Assembly: GCF_006345805.1 (NCBI RefSeq)
Contig: NW_021828887.1
Coordinates: 1 to 7,349 of the forward strand
Direction: 5' to 3'
From: Octopus sinensis
Taxonomy: Eukaryota
DNA: 7,349 bases
A program made the translations under genes and the position numbers. The notes beneath the pieces are model-generated. The model had not been told where the DNA came from. It saw only the letters and a program-made list of their open reading frames with translations, and searched no databases. This document shows, piece after piece, positions 1 through 7,349 of this stretch (positions within the stretch are counted from its first letter, which is position 1; the number at the start of each line of letters is the position of its first letter).

Positions 1-3000
1 GCGAACCTTCATTCACTTTTGCTGATTTCACAGCTTCGTTGGAAGTCAACCCTTCCGCGACTTTAGCCGTTTTCACAGCTTTTTTAACTGGCGAACCTTC
101 ATTCACTTTTGCTGTTTTCACAGCTTCGTTGGAAGTCAACCCTTCCGCGACTTTAGCCGTTTTCACAGCTTTTTTAACTGGCGAACCTTCATTCACTTTT
201 GCTGTTTTCACAGCTTCATTGGAAGTCAACCCTTCCGCGACTTTAGCCGTTTTCACAGCTTTTTAACTGGCGAACCTTCATTCACTTTTGCTGATTTCTC
301 AGCTTCGTTGGAAGTCAACCCTTCCGCGACTTTAGCCGTTTTCACAGCTTTTTTAACTGGCGAACCTTCATTCACTTTTGCTGATTTCTCAGCTTCGTTG
401 GAAGTCAACCCTTCCGCGACTTTAGCCGTTTTCACAGCTTTTTTAACTGGCGAACCTTCATTCACTTTTGCTGTTTTCACAGCTTCATTGGAAGTCAACC
501 CTTCCGCGACTTTAGCCGTTTTCACATTTTTTAACTGGCGAACCTTCATTCACTTTTGCTGTTTTCAGCTTCGTTGGAAGTCAACCCTTCCGCGACTTTA
601 GCCGTTTTCACAGCTTTTTTAACTGGCGAACCTTCATTCACTTTTGCTGATTTCTCAGCTTCGTTGGAAGTCAACCCTTCCGCGACTTTAGCCGTTTTCA
701 CAGCTTTTTTAACTGGCGAACCTTCATTCACTTTTGCTGATTCTCAGCTTCGTTGGAAGTCAACCCTTCCGCGACTTTAGCCGTTTTCACAGCTTTTTAA
801 CTGGCGAACCTTCATTCACTTTTGCTGATTTCACAGCTTCGTTGGAAGTCAACCCTTCCGCGACTTTAGCCGTTTTCACAGCTTTTTTAACTGGCGAACC
901 TTCATTCACTTTTGCTGTTTTCACAGCTTCATTGGAAGTCAACCCTTCCGCGACACTTTAGCCGTTTTCACAGCTTTTTAACTGGCGAACCTTCATTCAC
1001 TTTTGCTGTTTTCACAGCTTCATTGGAAGTCAACCCTTCCGCGACTTTAGCCGTTTTCACAGCTTTTTTAACTGGCGAACCTTCATTCACTTTTGCTGTT
1101 TTCACAGCTTCATTGGAAGTCAACCCTTCCGCGACTTTAGCCGTTTTCACAGCTTTTTTAACTGGCGAACCTTCATTCACTTTTGCTGTTTTCACAGCTT
1201 CATTGGAAGTCAACCCTCCGCGACCTTTAGCCGTTTTCACAGCTTTTTTAACTGGCGAACCTTCATTCACTTTTGCTGTTTTCACAGCTTCATTGGAAGT
1301 CAACCCTTCCGCGACTTTAGCCGTTTTCACAGCTTTTTTAACTGGCGAACCTTCATTCACTTTTGCTGTTTCACAGCTTCATTGGAAGTCAACCTTCCGC
1401 GACTTTAGCCGTTTTCACAGCTTTTTTAACTGGCGAACCTTCATTCACTTTTGCTGTTTTCAGCTTCATTGGAAGTCAACCCTTCCGCGACTTTAGCCGT
1501 TTTCACAGCTTTTTTAACTGGCGAACCTTCATTCACTTTTGCTGTTTCACAGCTTCGTTGGAAGTCAACCCTTCCGCGACTTTAGCCGTTTCACAGCTTT
1601 TTTAACTGGCGAACCTTCATTCACTTTTGCTGTTTTCACAGCTTCATTGGAAGTCAACCCTTCCGCGACTTTAGCCGTTTTCACAGCTTTTTTAACTGGC
1701 GAACCTTCATTCACTTTTGCTGTTTTCACAGCTTCATTGGAAGTCAACCCTTCCGCGACTTTAGCCGTTTTCACAGCTTTTTTAACTGGCGAACCTTCAT
1801 TCACTTTTGCTGTTTTCACAGCTTCATTGGAAGTCAACCCTTCCGCGACTTTAGCCGTTTTCACAGCTTTTTTAACCGGCGAACCTTCATTCACTTTTGC
1901 TGTTTTCACAGCTTCATTGGAAGTCAACCCTTCCGCGACTTTAGCCGTTTTCACAGCTTTTTTAACTGGCGAACCTTCATTCACTTTTGCTGTTTTCACA
2001 GCTTCATTGGAAGTCAACCCTTCCGCGACTTTAGCCGTTTTCACAGCTTTTTTAACTGGCGAACCTTCATTCACTTTTGCTGTTTTCACAGCTTCATTGG
2101 AAGTCAACCCTTCCGCGACTTTAGCCGTTTTCACAGCTTTTTTAACTGGCGAACCTTCATTCACTTTTGCTGTTTTCACAGCTTCATTGGAAGTCAACCT
2201 TCCGCGACTTTAGCCGTTTTCACAGCTTTTTTAACTGGCGAACCTTCATTCACTTTTGCTGTTTTCACAGCTTCATTGGAAGTCAACCCTTCCGCGACTT
2301 TAGCCGTTTTCACAGCTTTTTTAACTGGCGAACCTTCATTCACTTTTGCTGTTTTCACAGCTTCATTGGAAGTCAACCCTTCCGCGACTTTAGCCGTTTT
2401 CACAGCTTTTTTAACTGGCGAACCTTCATTCACTTTTGCTGTTTCTCAGCTTCGTTGGAAGTCAACCCTTCCGCGACTTTAGCCGTTTTCACAGCTTTTT
2501 TAACTGGCGAACCTTCATTCACTTTTGCTGTTTTCACAGCTTCGTTGGAAGTCAACCTTCCGCGACTTTAGCCGTTTTCACAGCTTTTTTAACTGGCGAA
2601 CCTTCATTCACTTTTGCTGTTTTCACAGTTCGTTGGAAGTCAACCCTTCCGCGACTTTAGCCGTTTTCACAGCTTTTTTAACTGGCGAACCTTCATTCAC
2701 TTTTGCTGTTTTCACAGCTTCATTGGAAGTCAACCCTTCCGCGACTTTAGCCGTTTTCACAGCTTTTTTAACTGGCGCCTTCATTCACTTTTGCTGTTTC
2801 ACAGCTTCGTTGGAAGTCAACCCTTCCGCGACTTTAGCCGTTTTCACAGCTTTTTAACTGGCGAACCTTCATTCACTTTTGCTGTTTTCACAGCTTCGTT
2901 GGAAGTCAACCCTTCCGCGACTTTAGCCGTTTTCACAGCTTTTTTAACTGGCGAACCTTCATTCACTTTTGCTGTTTTCACAGTTTCGTTGGAAGTCAAC

Positions 3001-3194
3001 CCTTCCGCGACTTTAGCCGTTTTCACAGCTTTTTTAACTGGCGCGAACCTTCATTCACTTTTGCTGTTTTCACAGCTTCATTGGAAGTCAACCCTTCCGC
3101 GACTTTAGCCGTTTTCACAGCTTTTTAACTGGCGAACCTTCATTCACTGTTGCTGTTCACAGCTTCATTGGAAGTCACATCTTCCGCAATTAGC
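1..3194. repeat. 90-bp tandem repeat array, 35 full units plus 1 partial, running off the window start
   Basis: Consensus GCGAACCTTCATTCACTTTTGCTGTTTTCACAGCTTCATTGGAAGTCAACCCTTCCGCGACTTTAGCCGTTTTCACAGCTTTTTTAACTG. Units start at 1, 91, 181, 270, 360 ... 2951, 3041, 3132. Each unit carries the GTTTTCACAGCTT core twice, 45 bp apart. Similarity fades after about 3187-3194. Confidence 0.99.
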
Positions 3195-3280
3195 TTCTTC
3201 AGCAATTTTCTCATTTTTTTGTGTAGGCAAACCTACTACGTCATCATTTTTGACATTTTTGAACAAGTATTTTTGTTCAT
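1..3280 (-). CDS. Putative Lys/Ala/Val-rich 30-aa tandem-repeat protein (over 1000 aa if homopolymer indels are errors); start uncertain, continues beyond the window
   Basis: The minus frame is stop-free within every intact unit (for example ORF 1565-2197, 7 units). The shared residues of the two 45-bp halves use different synonymous codons (ACG/ACA, GCT/GCA, GTC/GTG, GGG/GGT). The unique flank continues with similar peptide (IAEDVTSNEAV, GLPTQKNEKIA). There is no uninterrupted ORF as assembled; the ATG at 3280-3278 is in frame only if further indels are assumed. Confidence 0.5.
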
Positions 3281-3337
3281 TTTTCCGTGGAAAGTGTGTG
3301 TTTTTTTTTTTTTTTCGTGTGTTTCAACGTACAGCAG

Positions 3338-3357
3338 TCCCCTCCGTGAGGAGGGGA
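3338..3357 (+). other. Perfect 8-bp GC-rich hairpin with GTGA (GNRA-type) loop
   Basis: TCCCCTCC-GTGA-GGAGGGGA read directly from the sequence; function unknown. Confidence 0.8.
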
Positions 3358-3467
3358 AAACAAAGTTTCCTGGTTCAAAACCAGCAACAGTTCAAACAAT
3401 TTTTTTAAACAAGACAATTTAAACACGTTTTAACACAAATCAACAACAATATTTCACTGACAAAAAA

Positions 3468-3588
3468 ACTCACGTGGTAAAAGTTCAATACTTAATTATC
3501 GGACAACCTGCCCGACACCCAGTACTAGCGAATCCAAAAATACGAATGAGATCTATTATTCTCCCTGTCCGCCCACGTGAGTGAGTCA
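3468..3588. promoter_or_regulatory. Candidate cis-regulatory cluster: two E-boxes, a GC box and an AP-1 site
   Basis: CACGTG at 3471-3476 and 3574-3579; CCGCCC at 3569-3574 (GGGCGG on the minus strand); TGAGTCA at 3582-3588. It lies about 190-310 bp upstream of the putative minus-strand CDS. Motif matches only. Confidence 0.3.
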
Positions 3589-3668
3589 TAGAGCATTCCA
3601 TTTTACAGAGGTAAAAACTGCAGTTGAAATTCTTGGAGAGAAAGCATTATTGTTTATCAAAAAAGGGG

Positions 3669-3713
3669 GGTCGAATTAATTAATATTAATAATTAATTAT
3701 TATAAATTCGACC
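3669..3713. repeat. Inverted repeat with 9-bp arms around a pure A/T core
   Basis: GGTCGAATT (3669-3677) ... AATTCGACC (3705-3713); 3674-3708 contains only A and T. Confidence 0.75.
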
Positions 3714-3992
3714 AATGTTTGATTCTTAGTATTTTCAATCTAAATCAGAAGAAATCTCTGAGCTGATGAAGGAAAAGTGGCGTTTCCCACAAATCCAGAA
3801 AAACAGACTGTCCTCGGATATCGTATATGGATGTGATCTTTCATTGTTTTTCCCTTATACCTATGTGAGTTATTTTTCTGAGTATGCATTGTCTGGAGAC
3901 TTTATTTGCAGTTGAAGAAATAGCCAAAATTTGGCTGCTATTTCTGAAAGTTCGGTGTGTGGTAAAGTGAATTCTTTTACTTACCATATTTT

Positions 3993-4013
3993 TATATATA
4001 TATATATATATAT
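3993..4013. repeat. (TA)10 microsatellite
   Basis: Direct reading. Confidence 0.95.
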
Positions 4014-4249
4014 GTATATTGGCATATAGAGATATGTGTAGGTCTTTCAATAAATTTGTATTTATTTCTGTAATTACCCAGGTAAGAAATAAATAAATAC
4101 AATTCTATAACAATATAAAAGTGAAAATGGCCCCAGCTTGAGTGAGGGTATTAAGAATTTAAGCTTAAATGCAAGTTATATTTCTAGCTGCTACTAGATA
4201 AGCAATAATATATGTCTGTAATTTCATTATCACCTCCGGTAAATAACTG

Positions 4250-4396
4250 TGATGATGATAATAATAATAGCAAGAACAACAACTACAGTAAAATTAAAAT
4301 AGAAATCATAATAATCATATTAATAATAATAATGATGATGATGATGATGATGATGATTATGATGGTGGTGGTGGGGGTTGATGATGATGATAATGA

Positions 4397-4430
<34 letters not shown>

Positions 4431-4455
4431 GGTAGTGGTGGTTTTGATGGTGATG

Positions 4456-4520
<65 letters not shown>

Positions 4521-4598
4521 GATGGTGGTGATGGTGGTGGTGGTGGTGTTGATGTTGATGATGATGATTATGATGATGATGATGATGATGATGATGAT
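4250..4598. repeat. Compound trinucleotide microsatellite (GAT)n/(AAT)n/(GGT)n
   Basis: Alternating GAT, AAT and GGT runs; these account for the poly-M/V/D/G ORFs in the track. Confidence 0.97.
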
Positions 4599-4827
4599 CT
4601 CTTCTGAGAATTATTCATATCAGATCAGAAATAAATGGAGAATGTACAGATGAAAAGTTGATACTATATAACAATGACAGTCAAAGGTTTTGGAGTGACA
4701 TCTGGAAGAAAGATAAGGAGCACAAGAAGGATGCTGAATGGTTGCAAGAACTGAAACAAACAGTTATTTTCACCAAACAGGCAGAACTAGTCATTTCAGT
4801 TAGAGAAGTGAAGAAAATCAGCAAAAA

Positions 4828-5955
4828 ATGGGCAACTGGAAGGTCCCGGGACCAGATGGAGTTCAAGGTTACTGGACCAAAATATTTGGTGAATGTCATG
4901 CACGAATAGCTGTGCAACTTAGCATCTTGTTAAATGACGACCAAGGAACAGCAGAGTGGTTAACATCGGTTAGGAAAGTGCTGTGCTTGAAAAACGTCAA
5001 AAAAAGCAATACGGTAGACAATTACAGGCCAAAATCCTGTTTGCCACTTATGTGGAAGTTATTGATTGGAATATTTGCAGAGTCAATGTACAAACACCTG
5101 GAAAAAATGGAGTCCTGCCACATGAGCAGAAGGGTTGCAAGCCTAAGTGTAGAGGTACCAAGGATCAACTCCTGATAGACAAAACTGTACTTAGAGACTG
5201 CAAGAGGAGGAAAAGTAACTTAGCCATGTCATGGATCGACTATCGTAAGGCGTACGATATGATCTCACATTCTTGGATTATGGAGTGTATGAACATATTT
5301 GGCATTGCATCGAATGTTGAGCGATTGCTTGGAAAAGGTATGGCGAATTGGAGGACAGACCTGACAGCATACGGAAGAAGCTTAGGGACTGTAGAAATTA
5401 GAAGGGGCATCTTTCAAGGGGACTGCCTGTCCCCACTGATCTTTATACTGTGCTTGATACTACTAACACTGATTCTGAGGAAAGCAAAAGCTGGGTATGT
5501 ATTCAAAAGCCACCAACAAAAAGTAACCAATTGTTATTCATGGATGACCTCAAACTTTATGGTAAAGATGGAGCCCAAGTCAGCTCCCTCGATGATACGG
5601 TGTATACTTTCAGTGCTGATGTCAGGATGGAGTTTGGACTGAGAAAGTGTGGTGTGTTAGTTTTGAAGAGAGGCAAAATCAAATGTATGGACGAGCTAAC
5701 GATACCGTCGGGGAAGGTTATGAAGCAGATAGAAGAGACGGGTTATAAGCACTTGGGATTTTGGAAATGGATAAATTGATGGAGAAAGAAATGACAGAAA
5801 AATTTAAGGTGGAGTACTTACGCAGACTGAGACTGATCCATAAGTCGAAATTAAACAGACGGAAAAAGATTGACACTATCAACATCTGGGCAGTTTCACT
5901 CCTTAGATATGGAGCAGGGGTAATCGCATGGACAGTAGACGAACTAAACAGCTTA
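4828..5955 (+). pseudogene. Reverse transcriptase domain and thumb, frameshifted
   Basis: Motifs in order across frames: [65 protein letters not shown] (QGD 5415-5423), LFMDDLKLY (FMDD 5537-5548), FGLRKC, YKHLG, WAVSLLRYGAG. Frameshifts near 5105, 5525 and 5760. Confidence 0.95.
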
Positions 5956-6119
5956 GAATTGAAAAGGAATGAAACTGAAAATAGGTGCGCAAAGAAAAGA
6001 ATGCATAGACAATTTCATAGGTATTTTGAAGGTAAGACAGATAGAGAAAAAAGATGGCTGTAGATGACTAAAAGTGATTTAAAACCAGAAAGGGATCTCT
6101 AATCTGTGCTGCCCAAGGG

Positions 6120-6738
6120 CAAGCAATAAGAACAAACTACAGGATTGACGACACATCAGAAAGTGATTAGTGCAGAATCTGTGGATTAAATGGTGAAACC
6201 GTATGGCATATTACCTGTCAATGTCCGCCACTAGCCCAGAAGGAATATAAGAGACGCCACGACAATATAGCCAAGTTTGTCCATTGGACACATTGCAACA
6301 AGTATGGACTTGACTGAGCAAAAATTTGTACGACCACAAACCCGAAGGCATCGTGAAAAATGATAATACAAAGATCCTGTAGGATTTTATGATTCAGTGC
6401 AACCATGAGATAGAGAACAGGAAGCCAGATATAGCCTTAATTGAGAAAGAAACCAAACTATGCTGGATCATAGATAAAGCATACCCAGCTGACAACAAGC
6501 TATGCGATAAGGAAGAAAGAAAAGTTGAGAGATATGACAGGTTAGCTTGGGCGGTTAAGCAGTTGTGTCGATGAAAGAGGTGGTAGTAGTACCAATAATT
6601 GTCGGAGCCCTGGAAATAGTGACTAAAAATTTGAGAAGTACATGGAACAAATAGAGACTGCAATTAGGGTGGATCACTTTCAGAAAACAGAACTGCTTGG
6701 AACAGCCGGCATACTCCGGATGGTGCTCGAAAAAATAA
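6120..6738 (+). pseudogene. C-terminal CCHC zinc knuckle plus restriction-like endonuclease (RLE) domain, disrupted
   Basis: CRIC-GLNGETVW-H-ITCQ-C (C-X2-C-X8-H-X4-C, 6171-6224); RHDN (6255-6266); KIL*DF; RKPDIALIEK..CWIID (PD at 6425-6430); KEERKVERY; VVPIIVGAL; ELLGTAGILR. In-frame stops at 6168 and 6380 plus frameshifts. Confidence 0.9.
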
Positions 6739-6800
6739 GAGGTTTTACCTTAGTTACAGCTGACACCGTAGTACATCTCCAGCGTTAGCTGTGCAAAGGC

Positions 6801-6804
6801 AATG

Positions 6805-6868
<64 letters not shown>

Positions 6869-6886
6869 TGATGATAATAATAATAA
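6801..6886 (+). repeat. (AAT)20 tract with GAT interruptions: 3' tail/target of the retroelement
   Basis: AATGAT(AAT)20(GAT)3AATAATAATAA immediately follows the element's 3' UTR. Confidence 0.95.
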
Positions 6887-7349
6887 CACAATGCCCTGAT
6901 GCAGTACCAGGCAGTGGCTCTCATGGCTTCTGATCTTAACTGATTGGAAGTGTTATCATGTACATTGTTTTGTCTTGGTATAAAAGGTGGGCTACAGCAA
7001 ATATTCTGCTCAATACCACAGATTTGCTTGTCAGTTGCTTGACCTTAATCAGTTGAGCATGTCCCTTAGTGGCTGACGATATGGCATCTCTGATCACGAG
7101 CAGAAGTAGTGGGGGAGCATCATAGCCATGTGTTGAGAGGGATTCTTTGGGTTTGAATAATTCACCTCTGGAAACATGGGTGGTTTTTCAACATCCTTAA
7201 ACAACCCTTGTTCAGGGACCGTTTGAGCGGGATGGGCTACTCACCTGAAGAAAATTCTAACTGGGCCCCCACCGCAAGGTCATGTGCAGTTTATCTTGAT
7301 ATGAGATCACCATGTCGCGCGCATATGGTTGTGATGCATGTGCCTGGTG
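6887..7349. mobile_element. Probable second interspersed repeat of unknown class abutting the AAT tract (runs off the window end)
   Basis: Sharp switch from microsatellite to balanced-composition sequence, with no ORF in the track. It resembles a high-copy repeat I recall from octopus genomes, but this is unverified. Contains ATTGG (6943-6947) and TATAAAAG (6979-6986). Confidence 0.35.

Larger units (their letters stand above)
4599..6800 (+). mobile_element. 5'-truncated, degenerate RLE-type non-LTR retrotransposon (R4/Dong-like)
   Basis: Begins abruptly after (GAT)n with LFISDQK-like pre-RT residues. It has an RT, then a CCHC knuckle, then RHD and PD..D endonuclease motifs, a short 3' UTR (~6739-6800) and an (AAT)n tail. 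This domain order is characteristic of R2/R4/NeSL-type elements; the [21 protein letters not shown] and LLGTA motifs fit R4/Dong best. Confidence 0.88.

Noticed and set aside
1-3194. CRISPR array
   Set aside because: Units are contiguous and near-identical with no unique spacers; no cas genes; eukaryotic context.
3338-3360. Rho-independent terminator
   Set aside because: No U-tract follows the hairpin on either strand, and the context is eukaryotic.
3370-3384. tRNA T-arm / Pol III B-box (GGTTCAAAACC in a 6-bp stem-loop)
   Set aside because: No A-box or cloverleaf upstream; an isolated short match.
39-3422. Plus-strand ORFs (LEVNPSATLAVFTAF... and FRDFSRFHSFFNW...) as membrane or Cys-rich proteins
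   Set aside because: Three of six frames of the unit are stop-free, so openness alone means little. These Phe-rich frames are the expected shadow of a Lys-rich antisense frame, and the synonymous pattern fits the minus frame better. Not fully excluded without stranded RNA data.
3740-4090. Plus-strand exons suggested by donor-like GTGAGT (3865-3870) and CAG|GTAAGA (4079-4087), and the minus ORF 3841-4050
   Set aside because: No convincing acceptor/ORF pairing or recognisable peptide; the minus ORF runs through the (TA)n repeat.
4212-4653. ORFs with poly-Met, poly-Asp, poly-Gly and poly-Val
   Set aside because: Translations of the GAT/GGT/AAT microsatellite; such tracts are stop-free by construction in these frames.
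4681-6663. Minus-strand ORFs 4681-4917, 6218-6406 and 6394-6663
   Set aside because: Antisense shadows of the retrotransposon ORF with no independent motifs.
4599-6800. Active or autonomous retrotransposon
   Set aside because: 5'-truncated, several frameshifts, substitution-type stops (6061, 6168, 6380) and an apparent internal deletion.
7057-7178. Hammerhead ribozyme: CATGTC (GUC at 7061-7063), CTGACGA (7073-7079) and GAAACATG (7171-7178) give a 5-bp stem III in type III order
   Set aside because: Stem I is only 2 bp, and the 91-nt stem II region has no proper closing helix. An Infernal search with Rfam hammerhead models on the family consensus would settle it.

Overview
Eukaryotic, AT- and microsatellite-rich DNA. 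The repeat style suggests an invertebrate, possibly a cephalopod, but that is an impression from memory and is not verified. (1) 1-3194 is a near-perfect tandem array of a 90-bp unit (35 full copies plus one partial), itself a dimer of two diverged 45-bp halves. The minus strand reads as a stop-free 30-aa repeat (AVKTAKVAEGLTSNE-AVKTAKVNEGSPVKK). The halves differ at synonymous third positions where the amino acid is shared, so this looks like a giant repetitive coding exon broken mostly by homopolymer indels, not a plain satellite. (2) 3195-4250 is unique AT-rich sequence with decayed repeat-like codons, a GNRA hairpin, an inverted E-box pair with a GC-box/AP-1 cluster, an AT-core palindrome and (TA)n. 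(3) 4250-4598 is a compound (GAT/AAT/GGT)n microsatellite. (4) 4599-6800 is a 5'-truncated, decayed R4/Dong-like non-LTR retrotransposon (RT, CCHC knuckle, restriction-like endonuclease) ending in (AAT)n. (5) 6887-7349 is probably a second interspersed repeat of unknown class. No rRNA, tRNA or CRISPR array is supported.
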